A stretch of 64,000 nt of DNA from Gekko japonicus (lineage: Eukaryota). Of the stretch, positions 39,257 through 50,700 are shown in pieces; within the stretch, counting starts at the first letter, position 1, and every line of letters starts with the position of its first letter. Below the pieces are notes generated by a model that made no database searches, was not told the DNA's origin, and was given only the letters and a program-made list of their open reading frames with translations. The translations under genes were made by a program, and so were the position numbers. Location: contig NW_015177030.1 of NCBI RefSeq assembly GCF_001447785.1, positions 408,053-472,052 of the forward strand. The letters are read 5' to 3'.

Positions 39257-42232
39257 CAGCAGCAGCAGACGTTGGAGGAGATGCTGCCCCCCCCCTTTGC
39301 CTCTGTCTGTGGGAGCTCCCCCTGCCGGGCACGCACTTTAGTCTGTCTGTCGCCATCTCTGCCTGGGTGGGGGTGAAGTGCTTTAACGACTGGCTGTTGA
39401 AGAGAGGGCCTGCCTCAAAGCAGTGCATGATGGGACTTGCAATGGAAGCTGGGGGGCTTGCTGGGAATCCAGCAGCAATGCGTGCTGGGAGGTTGATGGC
39501 AGGGAGGGAAGGGACAGGCTCAATACAAGCACTTTAAGAGCGGCTGGAGAGGCTCCCCCCTGCAGTGCATGCTGGGATGTGATGTCAAGGTTGAGGCCGT
39601 TGCAGTGCTTGCTGGGAAAAGGGAACTCTCTTTGGAGTCTGAGTCTGCTCCAATCTCGGAGCTTCCTCTCCAGCCGCCCCCTTGCCGGTCTCCCAGCAGC
39701 CCTTGCTGTTGGCACTGCCGGATTGCCAAGGGCCAAGGTTCAGTCTTCTGCTGGGCCTCCCCCAAGGCCTCTAGCAGTGGGATCCCTTTGCTTATCTGCT
39801 TTCTGGTTCTCCTGCCCCCAGTGAATTCCATCGTGTGGGTTTGTAGCCAGAGAGAGGCTTCCAGGCGCTCTGGATGGAGTGAGAAGAAGCCACGGTGCCG
39901 ACATGGGGCGGGAGGGTTCTTGCCTTGATCGTCCACGCCATCCCCTCATTTCTCTCAGTCATTGCACTAACTAAAAGGGACTCGGGCAGTTGCATCCTGG
40001 CAAGAGTCTCCGCAGCGCCCCTGCACCACGCATGCCTGCCGAGGAGGCAAGGAGCAGTAACACTGAGGGAGGCCCAGTGTCCCAGCCTGCTGCCTGGGGT
40101 GGGTGGGAGGCCAGGGTCTGCACGGACCCTGAAGCAGGGCGCCGTGGTCCCTGTTGCTGCCCCAGCAAGCTTGCACTGGCCCTGGTCTCTATGCCACCGC
40201 ACCAGGGAGGGTTTGACTGGCACGTGCTTGGACAGATGTGCCCTGCCCCCACCTCCCGCTTCTGGGCAAAACTCACAAGGGTGTAAAACTGGAGCCCACA
40301 GGGGCCCCCTCCTCCAGCCTTGCCCCACTTAATTTCTCCCTCTACCGTGTGGCCTGACACTGTGCCAGGAAGGGGGTCCACCGCGTCACGGCCCCCTTGG
40401 GAAGCTCCCTGAGTAAGCCGGGGTGGGGGTGGGGAGAGGGCTCCTTCCTCCAGCCTCCCACCTTGGTCAGAACGGCCCCTCTCCTCCGACGTTGCCTCCT
40501 GCAGTATTCTGTGTCCCCCCCCCCAGCTCACCAGAACCTTCCCTCGGGGGCCTCTGTCCACGCAAACAGTGCCTCTTGGATCCAGTGGTCGGAAGCTGAG
40601 GTTCTGGCACTCAGCAGCCAGTCTTGGCCTGCGATGTCACAGAAGCTGAGCAAGCTTCACTTTGGCTGACTTAATTTCTACTTGACTAAAAGCAGGGATT
40701 TATGCAGCAGAAGTGGGTGCAAAAGCTCTTATTAAACGTTAGGGGCTTTGCACAGAAAGCGGGGGATTTCATAAGAAACTTGTGAGTGGTTATTTGGGGG
40801 GGGTGCTTTAATTTGCTGCACCCCCCTCCTTCTCCTCCTCCTCCTGCCCCCATGCCTTTCCTCGCTTCTCCCCAGGGGGCTCCTGTCCGAGGCCCTCTCC
40901 CTTCCCAGCCTCTCCTCTGGGCGGGGCTTGTTTTTGTAACACCCCTNNNNNNNNNNNNNNNNNNNNNNNNNNNNNATGCGGAGGCGGTGGTGGGTGCACG
41001 CAAGGGGGGGGGGGGGGGGGGGGGGGGGGAACAGCTTGGCTGCCTGCTCCTGTTTAAAAGGTGTCCAGTTTGGTGTCCGCTGAGGCTCCCCCAAGGGAGA
41101 AAGGCTGGGGTGCAGAGGACTGCCCGTGGAAAGGTTGGCGTGGGAAGCCCTTGTCTGCCTCAGTGCCCAGAAAGCTCCCTGTGCCTGCATTGCTCACCTG
41201 GCAGAAGGTGTGGCTGCTGTGCTTCCCCAAACCTTGCTCCCTGCACCACCACCACCCCGTGCGTATGGGATGCCTCCCTCTGCTTCTCTTGGGTTAAGAA
41301 CATAAGAGACGCCAATGTTGGATCAAGCCAAAGGCCCATCCAGCCCAACACTCTGTGTCACACAGTGGCCAGAAATCTTTCCGAGGGGAGAGCCAACATC
41401 CTGCGACTTGCAGGCCCACCCCCTGAACTGCTCCATCCCAGCCCCCTTTCCCAGGGGCCTTTTGTGTGCCCAGGAGGGGGGGGTCTTATCTTCAGGCTAG
41501 CCCTTTGTGGCCTACTCAGAGACCCCCTCCCATTGCCAGCCTCCAGGTGGAACCTGGAATTCTGGAATTCCAGTTTTTATCCAGTGGTACCTTTAAGACC
41601 AGGAAGGTTCAATTCTGGGGATCAGCTTTCGTGAGCATTTCCGGACTACAGAGATTGGTTTCCATTGAGGAAAAGTGCAGACTCTGGGAATACCAGGCAG
41701 CCTAGGAGAAAATGAGGTCCTGGAGTGGTATCGCATCTCCGCTAAACTTCCTCCCCAAACTCGCTTTCCCCAGGCAAACCCCCCCTCCCCCCAAAAAAAG
41801 CCTCCAGGCTTTTCCCACACTTGAACTGGCAGCCCTCAACCCCCAGATCCTGGTTGGAGGGCCCCTCCCTAGCTCAGCCCCGTCACAGCAACGGGGTTTC
41901 TCCCCGTGCAGAGATGTTTCCGTCCTGCAGCCCTGCCGTCCTTGTGGTGGCTTAGCAGGGACCACAGAAAGCCCCGGGAGGAAAGGGAGGAGAAGTCCCT
42001 GCACAGCGCACATGCTTGGGCTACCTGGTTTCGGCAAGACCTGCAATGCAGCCTCCCTTCCTTCTGAAAGGCTGACGTACATCCACACGTGCTTTCCCTC
42101 CACGCCACGCCCCAACCCTGCTTGGCCCTGACATGTAGGGTTCCCACTCCACCCCTTGCTGAGACCTCAGAATCAGACGTGGAAAGGGTGGGTGGGGGGA
42201 CACTGTATTGCAAGACGTGTTGTCCACGTGGG

Positions 42233-42323
42233 TCAGTTGGCGCTGCTGTCGCCCAGGCGCAAAGGGGAGGCGGAGAACGCAAGCCCAGCCAGGATCCCGG
42301 AGACGTGGCCAGTGACGGAGCTC
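42233..42323 (-). CDS. Rhomboid coding exon C (catalytic His, stop)
   Basis: ctctctccccctttttcttacag-type acceptor, then SSVTGHVSGILAGLAFSASPLRLGDSSAN TGA. Confidence 0.85.
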
Positions 42324-43387
42324 CTGTAAGAAAAGGGGGAGAGAGACACGGGCATCAGCAGCTCCCCTCTGGCATTGCTCGCTTGCCTTTAGGATGTCCC
42401 ACGCACACCCCTCCCCCCCCCCACAACAAAGGGCCCAGGGGAGGCGTGGGCCAGGCCTTTGTCCTGGGAATAGCACCTGCCTCTGAGCAGGTCCAGACTG
42501 CATCCCAGTTCTGGTTTCCTCAAAAGGGCAGGAGTTTCCCAACTTGGGCCGGGCCTACCTGGGGTGGATGACGGCAAGCAGGAGGCATTCCAGGATGCAC
42601 AGCCACCTGGTCGTCAAGGCGACGCCGCTGGCCAGCGTGGCCACTGGGAAGGGCTCCACCTGCCGGCCCATGGCTTCCAGCGAGAAGAGGACCCCTGCGT
42701 GCGGGACCAGAGGGAGGCGGGGCTAGCACGAGCAGCAGGGGAGGTGGGCGTGGAGGCCTGGGGGGGTGGCCAGCTCCAGGCAGAGGTGTTCCTGGAGATC
42801 TGGGGGTGTGGCTGCCTGGGGAGGGTGGAGTCTGGGCAGGAGGACCCCAATCCCATCGAGCGCACGCTGCAAAGCGGCCGTGTTTCCCGGGGAGCCGATC
42901 GCTCTCATCTGGCGATCAGCTGGCAGGCCCCACCTGGAGGCTGGCACCCCTCGCAGACGGTTCGGCCTCCGCTCTCCACGTGAGGGGGCGTGGAGAGAGA
43001 GAGAGGCGCCAGGCCAGGACGAACCGCACCTGAGAATCCCACGGCGCAGTGTTCCCAGTACCACTGTTGCCCGGTGACCGCGGCCAGCGTGGCGTTGAGC
43101 ACCAGGTGCAGCAGCCCACCCAGCAGCGCCAGGAGGAGCAGAACGGTGCCCGTCCGTAGGCTGCCCACCTCCTGCTCCATCCGCCAGCCCAGCCAGACGA
43201 GGGTGGCCATGTTCATCAGCAGGTGGCCCGTGCTCAGGTGGTGGAAAGGTGCCAGGAGCAGCCGGTGCCACTGGCCCCGCTCCCACACGGTCTGCACGCT
43301 CAGGCAGGAGCCTCCGGGGGTCCGGATCGGGTGCCAGAAGAGGGCCCCGTTCAGGGCCACCAGGGCCAGAGTGGCCCAGGGCACCAT
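42233..43387 (-). CDS. RHBDD1/RHBDL4-like rhomboid intramembrane serine protease (putative paralog); complement(join(42233..42323,42559..42694,43030..43387)), >=194 aa
   Basis: WHRLLLAPFHHLSTGHLLMNM (L1/TM2 motif), CAVGFSG|VLF (catalytic Ser), TGHVSGILAG (catalytic His). Both introns are GT-AG with good pyrimidine tracts and correct phases (1, 2). Start codon uncertain. Confidence 0.88.
42559..42694 (-). CDS. Rhomboid coding exon B
   Basis: acgcag|GVLFSLEAMG...RWLCILECLLLAVIHP AG|gtaggc. Confidence 0.85.
43030..43387 (-). CDS. Rhomboid coding exon A
   Basis: MVPWATLALVALN...SCLSV...EHCAVGFS; donor G|gtgcgg. Confidence 0.88.
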
Positions 43388-44964
43388 GGGGGCAGCCTGC
43401 CCCCGGGGGAGGGTGTGGGGCAGGAGGAGGAGGGGGGCCTCTCTGTGACCTCAGGGCTGATGCCGGCTCTCACCTCTGACCTCCCCTGCCCCACCCCAGA
43501 GGAGGGCTCCTGCCTGCCTGGCTGCCTGCCCAAGAGGCCGGGTCTTCTTTCCCGGGACTGGGCGACGGCAGAGGGCCTCGGCAGCTCAGTTTCGTCTCTG
43601 CGCTGAGGAGGGCCGGAGGACTGGATTTCCTTTACCCACTGGCTCATGGCCACCTCTCTCTCTGTGGGATCCAGGAATCCCTTTGGATTCCATCGGGAGC
43701 CAGTCTTGGGAGCTGTTCAGAATGAACGCCAGAGCCCACTAGCCAGGCACAGATTCCTCGGGTGTGGGTGATTTCTTTTTGAGACACGTGGGGTGTGTGT
43801 GTGTGTGTGAAATATATGCAATGTTTGCTTTTCTGTCAGACCTAAACTGATTTTACTGTTTTAAAAGTATTAAATGTGTAACGTCAAGATGGGTAGCCAG
43901 ATTAGTCTGCGGCAGGAGCAAGGAGTCCAGCAGCACCTTAGAGACAAACCAGGTCTGTGGCAGGGGAGGCGCTCTCGGAGTCACGTGGCTCCCTTCTTCA
44001 GATACTCTGTGCCCGTTACGCCGCCCACTGTGCCACGCTCGCTGCCTGCCCGCCCGTGAGGTGCTCAGCCACTGGACCTCAGACCCTCTGCCGGTGGCAC
44101 TCCGTTTTTCAAAGAGAAGCCTGCGCTGCTTAAGCCACTGGTCTTGGGGGGATGTCGGGGTTTTTGAAGCCCTGGATTCCATAGCGCTGCGGAACAACAT
44201 CTCCTCCCAGGATGCCGTGTGACCCGTGAGCCCGTGTGGAAGGCTCCCTGTGTCAGTCAGGGGCTGGGAGTGGGGCCGCCAGCTGGAGATTGGGGGGAAC
44301 AGCCTGGAAAAGGAGGGGAGGGGCTTCAGAGGTGACTTAACGCCCTAGACTCCACCCTCCCAGGCAGCCATTTCCTCCAGGGGAAGGGATCTCTGGAGTC
44401 TGGCGATCAGCTGCAATTCCAAGAGGACTTCAGGCCTCACCTGGTAGTTGGTGCCCCCCCCCACAAGAGAACGGAATGCAGAGACGGGCCTTTACTTTGG
44501 GGGGTGGGGTGGGAAAGCCGAGGGACCCGGGGGTGGGCCGGTCAGTGACAGTAGGCGGTGTCCGGTTGAGGTTCCTCAGGGAAGGTCCTGCCAGTGAAAC
44601 TTCCAGCATCGGAGCCTGTTCCCCTCCCTCTCTGGCGTGGACGCCCCCCATGCCTTCTCAAAGCGACCCTTGGGACAGCCCTGCGAGGGAGGCCGACAGC
44701 ACCACCCTTGCCGGAGGAGTTCGGGGCAGAGGCCTCTTGAGTCACAGCTCAGGGCTTTGGCGAAAGCGGCAACCATCCCCAGCTGCCATCTGGACATCTT
44801 GGAAAACCCAAACCAGGCTTGGAAGCCGCAACGGCCCCTCCTGCTTCTGGAGTCTCCCAGCTTTTGGCCCATAGAGGTAGACTGTCTCTGCAGACAGAGG
44901 TTCTGCCCAGGATAATGATGACCATCGACAGGTTTTCTCACCTGTGAGTTCCATTGATGTATGT

Positions 44965-45350
44965 CAAAGACCGCCAGTGAGGGGGAGCTCACCACCTTCC
45001 CTAGGCAGCCGATCCCACTGTTGCGCAACTCTAAAAAGGTTTTCCATGATATCCAGCCTTTACCTTCCCGCCCTTAATTAAAACCCATTCTCGCGAGTCC
45101 TCTGCTGCCAACAGGAGGAGCTCCCTGCCCTCCTCTAAGTGGCAGCCCTTCAAATACTTGAAGAGAGCAATCGTGTTCCCCCTCAACCACCTCCTCCAGA
45201 CTGAACCTTCCCAAGCCCCTCGGCCTTTCCTCGTAAGGCTTCTTGGACTCCAGCCACACACACCCCGATCATCCTCGTCGCTCCCCTCCGCACCTGCTCC
45301 ATTCTGTCCACATCCTTTTTGAAGTGAGGCCTCCAGAACTGCACACACAA
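44965..45350 (-). mobile_element. CR1 LINE fragment
   Basis: CVQFWRPHFKKDVDRMEQV and LRGNTIALFKYLKGCH. Confidence 0.8.
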
Positions 45351-45704
45351 TATTCCAGGTGCTTCATAGCCCCCCTTTCTCAACCAGACTCCAGGTGGAT
45401 TATGCTGTGCAACATGATGCAATCCAATTGCATGAGACACCTAATAACCATCTGATAACATCTGCAAACAATGCAGTCCGATAGCCTGAGACAGCCAATA
45501 AACCCTTCAATAGAACTAGGATTACAAAAATGACAGTAAAAAGTATCAGGTGTGGTATGTCATAAACAATGCAACCTCCCCCCCCCCACGACATTTCAAA
45601 AGTAGAAAACAACACAGTAAGCAGGGGGAGAAAAACATAAAATAATCAGTGGAATCAACTACAATCCTGTTTACTTTATAAAATTATCCTGAACTGTTCC
45701 TTAC

Positions 45705-46106
45705 CAGGGGTCATTTCATACAAAAAGGTGCAGGAGCTCATTAGCACAACTCATTAGCATAACATTTGCATATGCTGCACCCCCTGACATCTCCCTTCCC
45801 TTCACCTCTAAGCGGGGTGAAGGGAAAGGGGGGGGAGGATCTCTGGGCTTCTGCCTGACAGAAGCAGGCCGGGGAAGGTGGGGGGGCTCTCTCCAGGCCT
45901 TCCCCGACTCACATGCTTTGCGCGCGGACTGGGGAAGGCACAGGGAGGCCTTTAAATGCCTTCTGGCTCTTTGCAGAGCCTTCCCCGGCTCACCCACCTT
46001 GGTGGGCGGGCCAGGGAAAGCCGGGAGGGGCTCTCTGCAGGAAGAGAGCTGGGCTTGTTATTGCCGGAACGCCGTCCCAGCTCGTTCCGACTAGAAATGA
46101 CCCCTG
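45705..46106. mobile_element. hAT-like MITE family 3 (TIR caggggtcattt)
   Basis: caggggtcattt...aaatgacccctg termini shared with the 61439-61709 copy; TSD unclear. Confidence 0.65.
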
Positions 46107-47529
46107 CCTTATACTATGACCTTATTCCATTTATAAAAATGCCCTCCTGAACAATTCTGTTTACACAGTTTGTAGACTGACTCCAGTATGGAAGCCCTTC
46201 TGACCTCCTCAGGCCAGCCGTTGCAGGAGGCAGGGGCCCCAGCAGAGGAGGTGTGTCTGATCTTTCCTTCTCCGAAGGCCCTGTTCAGGTGGGCACAGTT
46301 GTTGTAGTGGGGCGGGGGGGAGGTGGTATTGCAGATATGAGGGTCCACGTCTTGAGGTCACTGTGGCATGGATCCACATGGACAGATCAACCGAGTCAAG
46401 CTGGGGAGCCGTGGATAGACCTTCCTCCACATGCAGCCAGCTGGGTGACCTTGGGCCAGTCACAAGTTCTCTCAGAGCTGTCTCAGCCCCACCCACTCAC
46501 AGGGTGTCTGTTGTGGAGAGAGGAAGGGAAGGCGATTGTAAGCCGCTATGAGACTCCGAGTGAAGGGCAGGGTAGAAATCCAACTCCTCCTCCTCTTCTT
46601 CAGAAAACTTTGTAACCTCAGTCTTTAACGGGTCACAGGACTCTTACCACACTCTCTGACAAACTTGAGACAGTGCCGGGTTGTGTGTGGGCGACACCAG
46701 ACCCCTCTCCTTCTTGGCTCCCCACATGGTCAAGCCCTGCATCCGCTGGGCCCAATGAAGCCACAGATGCACACTGTAAAGAGCCACATTCCCAGTGGGA
46801 GGAACAGTGGCGACTGGCCCTTTAAGAGTCAGGCAGCCACTGACAGCTGGCCCTTTACCTGCCAGCTGACGATCAGCTGTCTGTGGAAGCTCCACCCTGG
46901 GGGGGGAGAGGGATTGGGGGTGGGGAGATTGCTCGGAAGGCACCATTGGTCCCTCCAAGGGCTCTGGGCATGCCCCCCCCCCGGGGGCTTATGGGTAGAG
47001 CAAGAGCTCTGGGCAGGACCCAGGCCTGGCGAAGACTGGAGGGGGGGAGGCCGAGGAGGACAGAGCCGCTCCTCAGGGAGAGGAGGGGAGGGAAGGCCGA
47101 GGAAAAGGGCTTCAGTCCAACAGGAGCCTGAGGGAGGCCTGCTCTGAGAACCGTCTGCTCCCGGAGCAGCAGCAACCAAGTCCGCCTCCCGTCTGATATT
47201 TATTTATCTGTTTAAATATTTGTAATTCCCCTTTTCTCCCTGGGGCTGCCGGCTGCAGCACGGCGCTTAATTCCTGCCATGGGTGGCTGTCGGGAGGCCC
47301 CCGCTATGTGCTCTGTATTATTTTCGGTTTATATCCCGCCTTGCCCGGCGGCGTAGCACAAGTTAGAAGACAACAAAACACAGATGCATAAATGCAGTAC
47401 TATAAAAACGCACAAAAACAATATATGTATAAAGTGCAGGTCAGTGTAGACGACGATCGCTGTGCAGTGATCCGGTGTAACCAGGTCAGCATCCATAGTT
47501 GTTCTTTGTGCTCATTCATCCCTCGTGGC

Positions 47530-47765
47530 TCCTAATTGAAGGCCTGGTGGAAGAGCTCTGTTTTACAGGCCCTGCGGAACTGCAAAAGGTCCCACAGGGC
47601 CCTGATGCCTTCCAGGAGCTCATTCTACCAGTGTGGAGCCGCCACTGAAAAGGCCCTGGTCAAGGCCAGTCTGGCATCTCGGGCCAGGAAGAGTCAGGCG
47701 ATTTTGTGACCCTGATCTCTGCTCTCTGGGGGATATATGGGGGAAAGCGGTCCCTTAGGTAGGCA
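47530..47765 (-). mobile_element. L2-like LINE 3' fragment
   Basis: Resembles, from memory, the common squamate L2 3' region (gaaggcctggtggaagagctctgttttacaggccctgcggaac). Confidence 0.5.
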
Positions 47766-50700
47766 CTTGACATGTTAATACTTCTGCCTTGCTTCACATC
47801 TGGTTGCATCCGAAGCTGCCGTCTCCGGCATCTGACCCTTGGGCCACGAGGGCCAGTGCTGTCTGCTCAGATGGGCAGCTGCTCTCCAGGGTCTCAGTCT
47901 TTCCCATCCCCTCCTTGACCTGGACATGCCGGGGGTTGAACCCACGACCTTCCGCATGCCAGGCAGAGGCTTCACCACTGACTCACGGCCCCTCCTCAGA
48001 ATCATAGAATGTGAGAGTTGGAAGGGACCTTGAAGGTCTTCTAGTCCAACCCCCCTCTGCACTCTGCAGGAGCATAGCCGAAAGAGAGCCCTACATACCT
48101 ACAGCATACAACATCCTCTTGGGTCACTGAGGTCAGTCTTGTCTACTCAGGCTGGCGGTGGGTCTCCAGGGTCTCAGGCACGGAGGCCTTTCCCATCCCC
48201 TCCTGCCTGGTCCTTTTCAACGGGTGATGCCGGGGACTGAACCTGGGAAATCCTGCATGCCACGCAGGTGCTCTACTGTTTCTACAAGTCAGATCCTAAG
48301 GCACCGTCTATTGGATGTTCCACCTGGATTTATTGTACTGAACCGTTCTGTGCAATCTACTTTGAGTCCCAGTGAGAAAGATGGACTATAAACAAATAAA
48401 GCACCAACCAGCTAACCAACAAAGCACAGCAACCCACCGTGTCTGGGGTTCAGCAAAGGGCTCTTCCAGGGGCACCGGCTTCCACCAAAGGGCTCGTGGC
48501 TCTGGCTGTGACTCAGCCTTACAGTGCTTGAAAGGGGAGGGGAAGCCCAAAGAGCGCTCCGCATTGCCCCTGCCTGAGCCATTCTCCCCCTCCCTGCTGT
48601 TTGGTCTCTTCCCTATCACCAGCTCATTGCCCTCTTCCAAACCTGTCCTATTGTGTCCGATCTGTCCAATCCTCCTTAAAATACGGTGCCCAGGACAGGA
48701 CCAAGGACTCCCAGTGGAGCTCGGCAGTGCAGAGCAGAGCGGAGCTCTTGCTTCTTGTGACTTGGCTTCTAGGCTTCTATTAATGTCGCCTCAGATCATG
48801 TTTGCCTTTTTTGCAGCGGCATCACACTGTTGACTCAAGTCCAACCTGTGATCCAGTGCCATCCCAAGATCCGTTTTCCGTGCACTACCACTAGGCCTGG
48901 TGTCCCCCATCCCATAGGGGGGAAATATTCAAAAACTGCCAAAAGAGGGAAAGTACCTAACCAAGAAAGGCAGGGTAACCTAAAAAGTGGCAGGAAACAG
49001 AAGAACAATATATAACGCAATATAAAAATTGTTCATTATTTGTGTATCGCATGTATATATTCCTTTGCTTTCTCAGCCTCTTGGTCCCCCTCCATATACC
49101 TGTGCCTGAAATTCCTTTGGCCTCTTACATTACAACCACACCACAGTACAATCACACCATTCCCACAATCCATTTGAATGTGGCTCACGTAACTCGGGGG
49201 GGGGGGTCCAAAGAGCAGGAATATCCCAAAAAAAACCCCATTGATCTATCAAATCCCTACTAAAGCTTCCCTACCTGTTCTCCATTTGACAGGGCTGTGG
49301 TGTGAAAAGCCCCCCCACACACACACACACACCTGGTGTCCTGCGGGGATCAGAGGTCACCTCTGCTTTCATGCAAGCCCCTGGCGCTGTGATCACAACA
49401 ACGGGATGCCTGACTGGGCCACGTGCAGGGGAGGGTGCCCACACGCCAGCCCAGGAGGGTGGCCGCGAAGACTGTTTGCCCACAAACGCCAGGGGCGCAT
49501 GGCAGAAAACAAGCTCAGGTTTGGTAAACAGGCCAGCTTGGCACCCACAACATTACGAAGAAATTGGTCTGTCTGGCCATCCTACACGGCGGCGGGTGAG
49601 GCTGAGTGCACGTCAAGGGGGGCAGAGTTTACATCTGATGCTTCGTGAGAGAACAAGTTCTGGAGAGCACAAGTCACCTGGCTGGGAAGGCGTCACGCCC
49701 TTGGCCTCAGGGACTCACTGCACACAGAACTTTTAAATCTCATTTTATTCTTTATTTTCTACTTAATGTCAGGTACAGTCCACCTTTCTCCAGGCGGATT
49801 ACAGAGGCTGAGTTGGTGCAATCAGTCGACAGGAGGGGGCATTTAGTGGATAATGCAACAGGAAGGAGGGCTGTCGGACCAGCCAGAAGTCAAAAAGCAG
49901 AACTGAAGCAAAACAAGTCTTAGCACGACACATTAAATGATGCAAAAATTACGTAAGGATCCTAGTTCCAGCAAAATATACTGGGAGGGGGGAAATACCC
50001 CCCCCGCGCTGGCCTCCCACCTGACCCATGCAGCAATAGCTTCCTTTGGCCAGGTAACTGAATAAAAGGAAGTCCTTCACCCAAAGAGTGATTAACACGT
50101 GGAATTCACGGCCACAGGAGGTGGCGGCGGCTACAAGCATGGGCGGCTTCAAGAGGGAATTGGATAAACACAGGTAGCAGAGGTCCATCGGTGGCCCCTA
50201 TGAGCCACAAGGTATAGGTAGGAACTCTCGGTCTGGGGCAAGGGATGCTCTCTGTATTCTTTGTGCTTGTGGGGGGGGGGCAACAGTGGGAGGAAACATC
50301 ATCCAAGCTAACAAGGTCCTACCCACACACCCCATTGCCTCTCCCCACCTGAGAATTGTCTTTGCTCCAGTTCCAGGAAATGTGGTAAGCAGGAGTCCGC
50401 GGATGAGGCTGCCCTGGTGGTGGTGGTGGGGGCACATCAGGAGAGCTGGGGGAGGAAGGGCCCCATCCAGGGTGTTGTTTGTGCTAGGATTTTCTAGGTG
50501 TTCAAAGGACAAGCCAAAGACACATGGGGGGGGGGAGAGACACCTTGTGGAGACAGGACTTCTCGGGGGCTGAAGGTTTGGTGTAAATAATTCTGTGCCC
50601 TTTGCCCGCCCTTGGTGTTTCTCCTGGCTGCTGCCTCTCCAGGCAGGCTCCCCCCCCCCCCCCCCCCCCCCCCAATCAAGCCTCCGCCACCCCCCGAGGA

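Noticed and set aside
42233-43387. Rhomboid as a processed pseudogene (retrocopy) of RHBDD1
   Set aside because: It has two canonical introns at RHBDD1-like positions, an intact catalytic dyad, and no poly(A) tail or TSD.
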